64,000 nucleotides of DNA from Tubulanus polymorphus (lineage: Eukaryota > Animalia > Nemertea): positions 16,278,150-16,342,149 of the forward strand of contig NC_134026.1 of assembly GCF_964204645.1 (NCBI RefSeq). The letters run 5' to 3'. Every line of letters begins with the position of its first letter. The stretch's first letter is position 1. Positions 22,695-36,214 of the stretch are shown here, piece after piece. Made by a program: the position numbers and the translations under genes. Under the pieces are notes generated by a model. That model saw only the letters and a program-made list of their open reading frames with translations. It had not been told where the DNA came from and did no database searches.

Positions 22695-25600
22695 ATATAT
22701 TGGAAGAACGAAAGACGAAAAGAGAGTGTATGGCTTACTCAATGAATCCGAGAATAAAGGCAACTTTAGCTGCAACACAGCGTTAACAGGTTTTCTGCAT
22801 AGCTGAACCATTCGCATACGAAATGAAGGGAATCATAGATATAAGAAGCAAACATCATGGTCTATGATTTGAACTAGTCATGATTAAACTAACTTATGTA
22901 CTTTCAAAATGACCAACTGAATCGCAGAGTTCGAACAATCACTTAATTAAGATTTCACAATGGAATATAACTTATGATTTCGCTGCTTCTATTGGTGAAA
23001 ATTGCTTTCTGTAAATGGCCTTATCATAGCCACGTCGCTATATCACTTGACAGGAATTGTAAATCTTAAGATTAGATCAAAAGATCATATCGAGATTAAA
23101 TATTCGTCGTTGTCCGCAACGTTCTGGTTTTTTACAATTGATTATTAGATTGATTTGCCGACTGGAAGAAAGTGTTATCGAACACTAGAATGAGATATCA
23201 TCTTCAAGCTCCAACATTACAGACTGGATTATAACATATTGCATAATAACACTCTGTCTTCATTAACCCATTGCATTGTATTCGACAATTGCATTGACAC
23301 AACCCGTAGCTAATCTGGGAAGTTAACAATAGCGGATTATTAGAAGAGTTCTAGCTTACAGATTACAAAATCGTTGATTATTCTTACAATCCTCTCGTGT
23401 ACATGGTAACAAGAGACCTGCGGCGGGGGTCCCCGGAATGGCGAGGAAGAAAAACGTGGCGGTTTTATTCAATGGACCTGAATTTACGATGCTTACGGCT
23501 CGGTAGCGCTTTCATACGTTGATTCATCAAAATACCGAGTTATTTAGCACATATAGTTGCAAAGCAGCAATAACAACCAGTTTTCTGCCTCGCTGAAATG
23601 CCCGTTTGAGTAACAATCAATCTCAACACTTCACAAATACGGCTCTTCGGAGCACCACATAGGGGCCAACACGTCCACTGGATATGTGGAATCTATATCG
23701 TTTACTTGTGAAAATCGTAACAGTGGATATCAGTGGGTATCGAGTGTCATATTTTTTTCTATGTGGTACAAATCAGCCACCATTCATGGGCTTCTTGTTT
23801 TCTGTTGAGCCTTTGTCGAGGAAATCAAAACTTCCAAAAGCAAAAGCCATGAAATAAAAAACATGGACAAAGCCCCAGGGCAGGCTGGTGGGGCAGTGTA
23901 TTTGTCAAGTATTACCGTCATGTTTTTTTTCGTGAACTCCTATTATGACAAACATTTCCTACACACCACACAATTATTATGCCTCGATGAAATAGATAAA
24001 TCAAAATTGTTTGGATTTTTAAGTTGTTGTGATCATAATTCGAAAAATGATTTTGTTTTGTTGAAAACCCGTTAGTGACGATTTGCAGCTATCCCTATGA
24101 TTAAGTTTGTTTGTTGAAGACACGATTTGAAAATGTATCAATAATGTTGTTTTGGATGGTCTAAATCTGAAGGGAACGTGTAACCAAATGGTTTATGTTC
24201 ATTGTACCGGGGAAATGAATACCAACAATAAGCCGGAATTGCTATTCAGTCACCATCAAAGCGTGATTTCAGAACGAAATGGAAAGTCTTCTTGATACAC
24301 CACTGATAAATCCTTTTTCACTAAATATAATTGAGTTTGAATTAATGAAAAAGTGTCAATTATGTTCGATTTACGGATATTTTTGTGAAGTTGTGAACAA
24401 AGTTCATAAACTTTTTGAACCTTGAACTCCCTGGACAATATGCTCATCATATCCCGAGCTTCCTACGTGTAGATCTACTTGTTGGATATCTGCCTATTTT
24501 GCGAGAGTCGGTGTTGCTTCGCAAGGCGACCGGCCAATAGTTGTCGTACCCTCTTCCCGATCGCTAAACCCACTATTCATAACGCATATGACCCAAGTGA
24601 AGTTCTGATTTCATATTTTGGTGTCATCCAGTCGACCAGTAATAGTCCTGCCCACTCACCACCTGTCAAAAACGATGGGTCAACTGGATTTTACATTTGG
24701 GTCCACATGCACTTGTTGACCTCTATTTGACAATTTGCACTCATTCGAATTTCGATCATTTGGGTGTAAGGAAACCTAGGTCTCATCAGTTAATCCAATT
24801 GACATGCTTTCAATGATTAAGTAAGATACATATAAAACATATCTCATTCTATTTTCAGAAAAAAAAATCATTTCCGTGATGGAGGGTGACTGCGCTGAAT
24901 TTAATTTCGTATAGGGGCAAAGAGTAAACACAACATTGACAGAAACCTAATAAGTTGCCGGAATATTGACTGCATAATCAAAATACTGTGAGCTGTTGAA
25001 TCAGCAAAGGATCAGTGGAGAAATATCAACTTTGATATAGTATCGGTAGTAATTCTGCCTGGCGAGGTCGTCATACACGAAAGGATTACCGGGTAATTCG
25101 ATAATTCGGTACGTTAGTGCTTAGCTTTTTCGCCATTTTGTATGGAAATTGCAACGCGGTCGACTCATCTCGTCTGCGAATCTGTCAGATGGGAACGTTG
25201 GAGAAAATCGCTTTGTGGTAACTTCTTTATCAATACACGGTGTGGCAAAGTACCGACCTCTGTCAAACGGCGCTGATGGATGCACTCTAACCGGAAGTGG
25301 CCATGATGCAGATACGCTACTACTGGTTGTCCCTGTGTTCGATGTGTTTATCAATCTTCATTTGCCGGTGGACAAGCCGTATGATGAAAATATAAAGACA
25401 GCCATAATCATTCAAAATGTGTGAAATTATATGTGCATAGACGAATAGCAGCTGATACCACATTGTTTTCCTAAGCTGGGCAACGATCTGACGTGATTGA
25501 TATATAGCTTAACCCCGGAATACATCGTTTGTGCTTTGTACATCATAGTATCCCGTATATATGTATGTCATGTTTTACAGTGATATATTCATCGTTTACC

Positions 25601-25697
25601 AGGGATGCCTAATTCTGAAGTTTTGCTGAAGGATACTTAAGTATCGAGACATTTAAAGATTCAGTATTACCTACGTTTATAAAAGGGATAAGTCTTT

Positions 25698-27377
25698 ATG
25701 GACATTTTTGTTTTGATGAAACACATTGGGTCAGACCGTACATGTTGGTCTCGGATATATTTATGTACTGTTTGCGTCTATCGCGCGACGCATGTAAGCC
25801 CATTTGTAGATGCGAGAATTGCATTAATGTTTCATCAAACTACAACTCAACATGTGCTTTACAATATTATTGAATGGAACAGTTCATTCCAGGCTGTAAG
25901 ACAGGAAACTACACCAGTGGCGTCATCATCCATGTCTACGGTGACATCACCGGTAAGCCCCTACAACGTAGACAATATTGCTAGCAGCACACCGCCGACT
26001 ATACACGTGGCGGTATTGTCAGACTTGGTCAGTCCAATTTCACCGATTGGCCATTCTTATCAGGCGAATTCTGTTACAAAAGGAATTCGTGAAATAGAAA
26101 GAAATAAAACTTTCCTTCCATGGCAAAACAAATCGAACTCAACTGCTGAAACGGTGTCTTCGGAACCATTTCTTGGAATTTTACTATGTACGTTTGTTGT
26201 GATAGTTATCGTTGGTAATCTATTGGTCATGGTTGCTGTTGCAAAAGAACGTTACCTACGGAGTGTAACAAATTACCTAATTGTTTCACTGGCGGTTGCG
26301 GATTTACTCGTTGGCAGTATAGTAATGCCATTTAGTATAATATTAGAAATAATGAACGGTGTTTGGGTATTCGGTCCTGATTGGTGTGACCTTTGGCATT
26401 CCTTTGATGTCTTAGGGAGTACCGCTTCAATACTGAACCTTTGTGTTATTGCCCTAGATCGTTATTGGGCAATAACTGATCCAATTGCTTATCCTACCAA
26501 AATGTCAACGAGGCGTGTTTGGATACTTATTGTTTTAGTTTGGGTGTGTTCGTCAGCAATTTCGTTTCCTGCAATTTTATGGTGGCGAGCGGTTCTTGAA
26601 AACAGCTCGAAACATCAATGTGAGTTCACCGATGACAGCAGTTACTTACTGATATCATCGATGGTATCATTCTATGCTCCACTGTTTATCATGGGGTTTG
26701 TTTATTATCGAATCTACTCAGCAGCAACTCAACGAACTAAAACTTTGAATTCGGGTGGAAAATTAGTTACCACAGAAGGCTGCCGTGGAGAAGTTATGAC
26801 ATTACGAATGCACCGCGGTAAAAAAAATTCATCCGTGACAACTACGCAAAGAAATGGTCACGAACATTTGACATATCAGCGGGCACCCTTCACGGACACG
26901 GAAACAGACAGTGCCTCGCATTTCACCCGTTCTGATAGTGATGATGACAGGCGCCCAGCTCGTTTCATAAAGAAGAAAATTCAAAAATTTGCAATAAGCC
27001 GCAAAATAAGTAAGCTTGCGAGAGAACAAAAAGCCGCCAAAACCCTTGGTATAGTGATGGGTGTGTTCATTATATGTTGGGTACCATTTTTCGTTGCAAA
27101 TGTACTTTTTGCAATATGTCACGAGTCATGCATATCTAATCCTGATTTGATTTTTTCAATTTTCGCATGGCTTGGCTATCTTAATTCTGGTATGAACCCG
27201 ATCATTTACGCTTTATCTATGAGAGATTTTCGACGAGCTTTTAAGCGTATATTGTGCATGTATTGTCCGAAGAATCCACTGCCTAACGTGAGTAAAAAAA
27301 AACAGCCATGTGTTCGCAGTGTGTCGGAATCCAATTTCTCAAATGTTGGCGATCGTTATACTGCTATTAATTTATGA
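25698..27377 (+). CDS. Dop1R2: Invertebrate-type D1-like dopamine receptor (Dop1R2/DAMB/INDR-like class A GPCR), intronless coding region
   Basis: Seven TM segments; LAVAD; WCDLWHSFDVLGSTASILNLCVIALDRYWAITDP with the TM3 Asp; SSAISFPAILWWRA; TM5 SSMVS serines; TLRMHRG; KAAKTLGIVMGVFIICWVPFF; NPIIY. True start may be the ATG at 25827 or later. Confidence 0.88.
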   Translation: MDIFVLMKHIGSDRTCWSRIYLCTVCVYRATHVSPFVDARIALMFHQTTTQHVLYNIIEWNSSFQAVRQETTPVASSSMSTVTSPVSPYNVDNIASSTPPTIHVAVLSDLVSPISPIGHSYQANSVTKGIREIERNKTFLPWQNKSNSTAETVSSEPFLGILLCTFVVIVIVGNLLVMVAVAKERYLRSVTNYLIVSLAVADLLVGSIVMPFSIILEIMNGVWVFGPDWCDLWHSFDVLGSTASILNLCVIALDRYWAITDPIAYPTKMSTRRVWILIVLVWVCSSAISFPAILWWRAVLENSSKHQCEFTDDSSYLLISSMVSFYAPLFIMGFVYYRIYSAATQRTKTLNSGGKLVTTEGCRGEVMTLRMHRGKKNSSVTTTQRNGHEHLTYQRAPFTDTETDSASHFTRSDSDDDRRPARFIKKKIQKFAISRKISKLAREQKAAKTLGIVMGVFIICWVPFFVANVLFAICHESCISNPDLIFSIFAWLGYLNSGMNPIIYALSMRDFRRAFKRILCMYCPKNPLPNVSKKKQPCVRSVSESNFSNVGDRYTAINL

Positions 27378-28234
27378 CAACTACAGATAGGTCGCAGGTT
27401 AGCTGAATCAGGCACAGAATAACTTGTGGTCTTACGTACCCTATACGTTATAAGCCTCATAATATCGGAGGCTAGGTATATGTTCGATGTCAGATTGTCC
27501 ATTAACAGGTGATGATGCGAATGCGAATTTCATAGAGATTGTAAAGAAAACAAAATTCTCGATCGTATCATTGATCTGTAAACCTTGCGTAAGTCGGTTC
27601 GGCGAAAGTGGCATAATCGTTTATCGGATGAATATTAATAGCCCTGATTTTTCATTCACTTTATCAAAGAAATTTATATTAAGAAATCGAATTTTATAAG
27701 TCAGAAACTAGCCTATGACGTAGTACTTTTCTCTGGCCCAAAATCAGTTAGAATTACTCGACGAAAGTTGGAGGGCCATTTTCTTCCCATCGTAGATCGA
27801 TTTGGGTACTTCTAAAGTACCAAAGGACGAAATATGAAACGAAATTAAGAAGAACGCAACAAAATTACGAAATATGAAACGAAATTATGAAATGCTAAAG
27901 TACGAAATGAAATACGTAACGAAATGCTAAACTCAAAACGAAATAGCCATCCTTTCACGTGTCCTGCTAAAGTAAGAAATGAAATACGAAACGAAAATGT
28001 AATTTTTTTCTCTACAGCAGCGGACTCGTGGAGCTGGCTTAAACATATGCGCACGTCTACTGTAGCAGGTCTCCGCGCCGCGGCCGAGTTTAGCGATATA
28101 ATCCGGTTCGAATCCCTGCCGGGTAGAATGATCGAGAATGATCTGTGCATGCCAATTTATAACTTGAAGGGACCGATTAATAAATTACGCGTTAGAGAAC
28201 GAAATGTGCGTTCAAACATACCCTGCAGTGTTTA

Positions 28235-28438
28235 GGCTAAAATGATACCTTGTTTCTCCACTCTGCTGAGCTTGACCCGGCCGGCCGCCTATCTACTCGG
28301 TAGATTACTTTTTTGAAACCATGATCGGGCATACAATGACAGACTCGGCAGCTATAGAAATTAACAGATCAAAAAATCTTATTGGAATTTACAAAATGAC
28401 CCGGCCGCTGCGAAGAAACAAGGTATTCATTTTTAGCC
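28235..28438. mobile_element. Harbinger-like MITE
   Basis: GGCTAAAATGATACCTTGTTTCT ... AGAAACAAGGTATTCATTTTTAGCC, flanks TTA/TCA. Confidence 0.65.
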
Positions 28439-28891
28439 TCAGGGGTCATTGTTGGTTTCCTGGAAACCTTCACTCTGAATTTACGCTGATCAGGTGACTT
28501 TCTGGTTTCTTAAAGCAATTTACGTTGTTTGATACACGATGGAGGAAATAAAATAACATACACTACAGATTCCGATGTATTTTATCATATCATGGGACCG
28601 TCTAAAAATGTCAATAGGCTAAAACCTTCCAGTTTAAGAACAAAAATTCGTGAATACTTTTAAAAGATCATTTAAATGTACCGCCAAAATTTTGACAGTC
28701 CAGTGGCGTTATAACGAGCTTTGACTAGATAGAGTATGGTCGTGTTTGAAAATGACCATTTCGTTTCGTACTTCAGCACTACTAGCAAAAAATTAACATT
28801 TCGTAATTTCGTTTCGCATTTCGCAATTCCCGTAGTTTCATAGTTTGTAATATCGCTTCATATTTCGTAGTTTGGTTTCATATTTCCTAAT

Positions 28892-30594
28892 AAAGAAGTT
28901 TCCAGTTTCTAGGCGCCATTTTGTGGCGGTCCCTCGAGGTCCCCATTGTTGCGATAATTTGCGCTCATTTTTAAAACATAAGTTTAGATTGAATATCACA
29001 TAGTTCTGCAGTCCCTTGCTCGATGAACTTAATTTATACAGATATTTGTTGGCGATTCTTGGAATTTTTGAATGCAACAATTGAGAACAGTGACGATGTG
29101 AAACCAAGGACCGCATATCTTAACCGCGCGTAAAAGAAATCGCAATATTTATTGATTTTGAAATATCTAAGTATATCTTGAAGCTATATTTCCAATTTTC
29201 ACAGAGGTTAAAGAGGGTTATTTGCAGGTAAAGCCTGCGAATTTTTTTGAATATCTTTCCTGACGACTGATCTGTACCCGCTTGCGTTTGAGATTACGCG
29301 CAAAAGGATTCTCCCACTGAGCACCGCCATTTCACTGGACATTGAGATTTGTGAAAAGAAATCTTTAAATGCAATTTGATTTCTTCACTTTTTCCATGGG
29401 GATATTTTGAGATTATAATCCGTATCTTGTTTGTACTGTATTTTGGCGGGGGCAATTAGTTTAGCTGGTTTCGGGATCCGGTTTGTCCCGCTTTGAAGTT
29501 TGAACGGCCCAGTTGGGGAATTGTCGCCATGCAGCCCGTCCAGCCTAGCGCCGATTTTGTTTTAGAATCCATGGTGAAATGTGCCAGTCAATTTAAACGC
29601 TTAGGACATTTTTCAACACATATCTCTCTCCGGTAATCCCTCATCCTGGGATCATACGACGAATTTACTTAATCTCAACCTTTTTGCTGGAAAACATCGA
29701 CCAGATAACCTGACTGATATAAAATATCAATATTATATTTAAAGGGGATCCTGTCCCCCATTTGATATTCTATTTTAGGGGCTCAACGTCCAGTTGGGAT
29801 ACTTAAAGCTGCGCCGCATATTCAAAAATATATAAAAACTTAGATTTTGTTCTAGTGTCCACCCATGAGTGAAACATTCTGTTGAAAAGCAAAATAGGCT
29901 CTCAACTATGCCACCTATGCAACCGACACAGAACGTCCCCACTGTTACAAGAAATCCTTCAATTTCCCATCGCTACAAAACTCGAATTCCTCAAAGCACT
30001 CAAAGTCCATTTTTAAACATACGAAAATAAAGGTAATATATAACCATAAGAAGCAATATTAATGATATCAAACCAGTATAAAATCTTATTTTTGCGATTT
30101 CTTTTCGTAAATCTCAATGTTCGGTGAAATGGCGGTGCGCAGTGGGAGACCCCTTTTGCGTGTAATCTCAAACTCAAGCGGGTACAGATCAGTCTTCAGG
30201 AAAGATATTCAGAAAATTTTAAAGCAGGCTTAAACTGCAAATAACCCTCTTTAACCTCTGTGAAAATTGGAAATATAGCTTCAAGATATACTTAGATATT
30301 TCAAAATTAATGAATATCGCGATTTCATTTACGCGCGGTTAAGATATGCGGTCCTTGGTTTCATATCGTTACTGTTCTCAATTGTTGCATTCAAAAAATC
30401 CAAGAATTACCAACAAATATCTGCATTTCATTTCCTTTAAAATGGTGTATAAATTAAGTTAATCGAGCAAGGGACTGCAGAACTATGTGATATTCAATCG
30501 AAACTTATGTTTTGAAAATGAGCGCAAATTATCGCAACAATGGGGACCTCGAGGGACCGCCACAAAATGGCGCCTAGAAACTGGAAACTTCTTT
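28892..30594. mobile_element. Non-autonomous DNA transposon with about 450-bp TIRs and AT target duplication (ISL2EU-like)
   Basis: AT|AAAGAAGTTTCCAGTTTCTAGGCGCC ... GGCGCCTAGAAACTGGAAACTTCTTT|AT; arms about 28892-29335 and 30128-30594. Confidence 0.85.
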
Positions 30595-32127
30595 ATTTCG
30601 TCATATTTCGTACTTCAGCATGACCCGATTGATATCTTTCCTGTTTTGTTCCTGGCTTAAAATACATGTCAAAAGTCGTTATTTTAGTCATGGTTAGTTT
30701 ACTAGAATATAGAAAATAAACCCAAAACATGTTCTTAAATAATTTCTAGTAGATGTTGATTTTCCACTAAAAGAAATGTACTATCGAGTCAGTCGTAATT
30801 TTTGGTAAAAGGCTGGAATCCGACTCATTCAGTCGGATGATTTTCTTGGTCTAAAAGATCTGACCTACGCATGGTTACTGTAACTAACCGCTAAGTCATC
30901 ATCAAAAATCATGATATACAGTTTATATCGATATGAAAGTGATATTGTATACGCTATGGAATATTTTTGTTTGTGAAAAATTTCCATTATTATCGAAGGA
31001 TTTTCAAGGTGTTTCAGTACTTGAATGTTAGAAGCTAACACGCTCCATCGTCGCACAAACTGTTCCGCTTTCGAAATACAAATTCTTTGACGTGAAGCAT
31101 CACCCGATTTCATCCGCACACACTGTTGATGCAATCATTGAGTCATCCTGGGATGTTTTTTCATTAGATAAGCGCGTAAAAACAACATCACGCGATGAAT
31201 GTCCGGCAGTATTCACATGGCATCTGTCGGTTTTTGCTTTGGCATTTTGTTGGCAAAAAATCTAATTAATAACATTTGTACGTAGGTCAATTTAACAACG
31301 TATATGTAACTTCAATTACCAGTATACATTGTCTATTTTTTTTAAAGGACTACGGGTGCACAGCTCGGTAAGTTTGGAGCACATGGCGAATGTTGGCTTT
31401 TAAAAAATCTGAATGGGCGGTTGAACCAAAATATTGATTAAATATCAAATTCAGTTTTACTATATATTGGAAATTTCAATGATTTTAGTAAATAACTTTT
31501 AAGGATATTCACTGTGATTGGAAATTGAAAATTTTGACGAAAAGTGCGTAATCAAATATAGAACGCCAAGTAATGGGCTGGCTTTCCGATGGCCTATTAT
31601 TTGTTTAAAAAAACAACGGCTGTCAGCATAATTGACGCAAAGTTGGTGACAGCAAGCACCTTCCAAAATTCTCTTGGTAAACTGTTAAGCCAATCTACGG
31701 AAAAAAGTGGCCACCTTCCTCATCACAGCGAATGCATAGAAATGACGTCATTCCACAAGAATGGAGCCACGATTCTTCAAAAATGATCATTCGCATAAGA
31801 TTTCAAGAAGGATTATTTAACAATGAAAACGATGAAAAACGAAAATCATAATCGACTATTTAGTTCAACAGCCCAGCCCGTCCGTTGGGTCATTTCAAGA
31901 CCCGTGTGAGACTTAACCAAATTGGTACCCGGCGTCTTTTCATACATGTAGAAATTGACATTTGTTCAGCGCTGAATATATTTTCTATTCTTTCATTCAT
32001 TGTTTGCGGCTTTCTCAATGGCTGCTTAATCAGAACTAGGTTTGCTCATTCGGGGCATAACGTAAAATTCCTTATATGCAAATGGAGGCGTTAGAAAAAT
32101 AAAACGCTAATACATGTATAACTTTTA

Positions 32128-32733
32128 TAGTCAACCCCCGATAAACTGCCCTCCCATGTTCCGCCACCCCAATAGAGGGAGCATTTGGCTTGAAATCTAA
32201 GAAAACCCCGATACAATGCAACCCCTTTTACCACACACTCCTGCACTATATCACAATACAAATAGGCCAACATTGTAAAACGCCTCCATATTTTCAAGCA
32301 TGCAGTGACTGTAGCCATATATCGATGAAAGAAACAACAAATAAATAGAGGGAGCATTTGGCTTGAAATCTAGGAAAACCCCGATACAATGCAACCCCTT
32401 TTACCACACACTTCTGTAGTATATCTCAATACAAATAGGCCAACATTGTAAAACGCCACCATATTTTTTAGCACGCAGTGACTGTAGCCATATATCCATG
32501 GAAAGAAGTAACACATTAATAGAGGGAGCATTTGGCATGTAATCTAAGAAAACACCCAATACAATGCAACCTCGCTTACCGCACACTTCTGTAGTATATC
32601 TCAATACAAATAGGCCAACATTGTAAAACGCCACCATATTTTAGCATGCAGTGACTGTAGCCATATATCCATGGAAAGAAACAACAAATGATACTATAAT
32701 GTATTGTATAGGCGGTTATAGCGGTGATAACTG
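32128..32733. mobile_element. Tc1/mariner-type MITE containing three about 174-bp tandem repeats
   Basis: TA|TAGTCAACCCCCGATAAACTGCC ... GGCGGTTATAGCGGTGATAACTG|TA; repeat units start at about 32171, 32345 and 32519; same left end as 53508-53680. Confidence 0.75.
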
Positions 32734-33699
32734 TACACACTCATTCAGTGAAAATTTGCACAACGTCAACACGCTGTAGTTTTGATCGTAAAAGATGATA
32801 AGACAGATGGAACACAGACCGAAACTCTATCTCTCGAGGGAGAGAGACATTTCTCGCGAAAAAAGATGCGGCTACGTCAGGTGTGTATCATGTTTTAAGT
32901 CTATGACAACGCACTGCTTTAGTGCCAGATTTGAAGAAGTACGTTCTTTCCTGCAATGTTTTACAGTCGTAGCACATGGGACCGACGGTTTTTCTACGAC
33001 TCACGTGATGTATGAGTCACATGTAAGTCGAATTTTTTACGAGTTATCTAAAATTCGTGGTTTTATACGAATTCCGCGAATAACCGGTGAAGTCAGTTTA
33101 CATCGAATCTTCTTAGTTCTTTGGACTCAAAATAAGAACCAAAACTTTAAACCGGTGCAGCAAAACGCTTGAATGATATCATCGGAGGTTCGGGATTTTA
33201 TTCAATTCGTACATTAAACATGTTGACTCATAATGGCCCTCCAGATCACTGCCACGCTTGTTCATTCGACAACATTAACTCGGTACCCCAGTATAATCGA
33301 CAAATGCTATATATTGTTGGTTTTTACAAGCGAATATAGTCCTTAGGAGCAAGGGAACCACGTCAAAAAAGTTAGTTATCGTTTCAACAATTCTTAGGTA
33401 CGTTCTGGTGGTGTTTATTATATAGTAAATTTTACGTTATGGCCCGATACAGCCAGCGCGCAGCACAATCATTAGAACGTTGCTAGCATAATCGCCCATA
33501 GTTAGAAGGTTATTGATTGCATTACGCGAATAGCCGAATGAGTTGTATTATTTATTGGCTTATCGAATAGAAATAAAATATTTTTATGATGTTTCAGTTT
33601 GAATATCTATATTGACGTTGAAGCTCATATCTATTGCGCCCTGGTTGCAGATTTTTGCATTTTTTGCAATTTCATCGTCGTTGTAGTTATAGCATTGAT

Positions 33700-34110
33700 T
33701 GTGAAGATGAGCATACACTACACGACTTAAGTACCGACCGATCGTTAGGAGAGGACAATTTTCGGCTAAAGCATCGCTTTACTCTCCTACAGTATCAGAA
33801 GAAGAAATGAGTGGAATAAAATTGAACCGATGCGACTATTTCTTTCACCGCCACTGCACAATCTCATCCCAATATCCCCAAGTATATTCGGGACATGCAT
33901 CAAAATATCAAGTTGCGATTAGCGCAGCTGCCTGGCTGCTGGAAGATTTTCGCAAACGATTAAAATCGTGGACAAGGACAGACCTTTGGCGCTTCAGTAC
34001 TCAAGCGATAGAAATATAAACCATGCCGAAATTCAATATCAAATCAGACGAATTCCACTATTTGCGAGCGATCTTTAATGCCTTAAGAATATTTGATTTT
34101 GAAAACCTGG
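33700..34110 (+). pseudogene. Possible Crypton-like (DUF3504 tyrosine recombinase) remnant
   Basis: Only weak peptide resemblance (VSEEEMSGI; FNIKSDEFHYLRAIFNAL); no catalytic motif seen. Confidence 0.2.
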
Positions 34111-35844
34111 CTGGTTTTGAAAGATGCACTTGTTTTGTAAATACATGTACACTTCGATTGACTACAAATGCTAAACGGAGCCATTTCCTGGCAATATGTC
34201 AATCGAAGTTATATTTTTGGAGATATTGATATCAAAAAGTGACGTGGTTCTGGGGAAAATGAATCGGGTTTTGTGTGAAATTAATCTTATTTGTGAAAAC
34301 GATCTTTGATAACTGTGGTCTTGCACAATCTTGATATATTAACAATTTTCGAAACTAGATAACGTACCTTGGTTTTAGTTAAACACACTGCAGGAACAAT
34401 TCATTCAGAAAATGGCTGTCTAAGATAGAATTTTGTAGTTATAGAAGATATATGATTATATTACTAATGCACTTATTGAACATTTTAATTTTTCTATGAT
34501 GAACTGGAGCCTAATAAACCAGTCAATCAAGAGTAAAATTAGTGTAGTGTTCTGTGGTCTATTCAGAGTTAAGATATGATAATAAGAGTGACATAAACAA
34601 TCATTCACAAAATGGTTGGGCATGTGACCCTGGTCTGCATTTGTTTGAAACTGTTTAGTTCAGATGTTTTAGATAAAGAGAATAAGCAAATGAACATGTC
34701 CTGGTTACTCTGCCCACTTAACCGTCTATGAATCGAGACTCTGAAAAACTCCCGCCCTCGTCTCATATAAGCTATACAGTGAATAATTTTTTGATTTAAA
34801 AAGAAAAAACCTTCCGTCTCCTTGGAAAAAATGAAAAAACAAATTTATTTCCACTATTTTTTATTAAAAAAAGCTCGTAACCAAAAAATTGGCCCACCCT
34901 CGTCATGTCAAGAAAAGAGGTTTGGATGAGACACTTGTATGCAACTACGTTTATACTCACCGGATTTTTCGGTGACCCTGTACAAAATAGATTTCTCATG
35001 TCAGGAATGATTGTTTGCATGCTTTAACTGCGATAAATCTTAGTCACCTGTAAGTTATAACTTCATATTTATTCTCCAAGTGTTTTAAATTACTTCTTTA
35101 TCACCTCATATTCATTTTGTACTGATGTAAAGCGCACTGATAACAAATTGTAAGATAAATTGTAATTCATATCAGAAAATAAATTATCATTATTGTTTTG
35201 ATTATATTCATTATTACTATTTGTATAATTTCATATATTCAGTTTTCCCATGCGTACCTGGCTAACTGTAATTTGAAAACTAATTTTCCAATTTCTGTTT
35301 TCGATTCTTCTTTTTTTCTGGTTAGATATTAGTCTCCCTAATGACTTCTGAAATATCTGTTGGGTGTGGGCAAGTCACGAGTCTTAGATGCATCTTCCAC
35401 TTCCCTGAAATAAACCCTGAGTACTTTTGAGTGCATAAAACAGATGGTATCCTCCGACAGTTTTCTGACAGCGAACAAATTTGCTTCATGTTTATCAAAT
35501 TATTTCCAGAAATATCAGGGGTATCTAATTAGCCTCTACAAAAGCTGTCTTCGTCAACGTGCCTACAAAATTTAACTATTGTCTGTAAAGAGGCGTCTGT
35601 CATTTAGATTCCATCGGTTAACACATTATATCATTTGAACAATGCTATAAACGAATTTCTTAGAGCATTAAATATAGTAAACCTCAGATTTAACTCTGAG
35701 TTAACTAATTGAAAATGAACTAATTTAACTCAGTGTTAACTCTAACTCACAACTGTGGAACTGGGTCTAGGTGAATATGAAAAATGCATATGACGTGATT
35801 AGCAATATCTAATTTTACCTTTTCAATTAGGCCCTATAGAATAT

Positions 35845-35975
35845 AATACACTTCTCACACTTTTAATATTTTAAAATCTAAATCATTTTTCTCACATTTT
35901 ACTTACACTTTATATTATCAAAAAAAATAAATTATTTTTACTCGCACTTTACTCACACTTTTAATATCTTGAAAG
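35845..35975. repeat. Orphan piece of the CTCACACTTTT/AAATCTAAAT subterminal array
   Basis: Direct match to 39590-39700 and inverted match to 37705-37920. Confidence 0.7.
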
Positions 35976-36214
35976 CAATCATCTCCTCGTAGATAACAGG
36001 AACTTTTTTTCCGATGTTATATTCGAGGATAATTGAATTGGTTTGGATTATTGGGACAAAATTATTTATTCATTGTTTTGCAAAGGCTCGATACAGGGGA
36101 AATGTGTGGACTAAAGATAAAAGTGAATGCTAAATCGTACGACCTTACACCAGAGGTTTACTGTAGTTGATAGAACTGATGCTTACGTGTAAAAATGAAA
36201 TTTGGAAGATTTCT

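Larger units (their letters stand above)
27804..30628. mobile_element. Outer MITE with CGAAAT subterminal repeats, interrupted by two insertions
   Basis: cgaaat-rich left arm (27830-28000) mirrored by atttcg-rich right arm (28758-28890, resuming 30595-30628). Confidence 0.65.

Noticed and set aside
23772-23783. ATCAGCCACCAT as the missing right end of the 14276 element
   Set aside because: Lacks the terminal A, the subterminal repeats and a matching TSD.
17600-25690. Numerous 60-120 aa ORFs in intergenic DNA
   Set aside because: No recognisable motifs, many non-ATG starts, and lengths expected by chance.
26829-27122. Minus-strand ORF within the GPCR
   Set aside because: Antisense shadow with no independent evidence.
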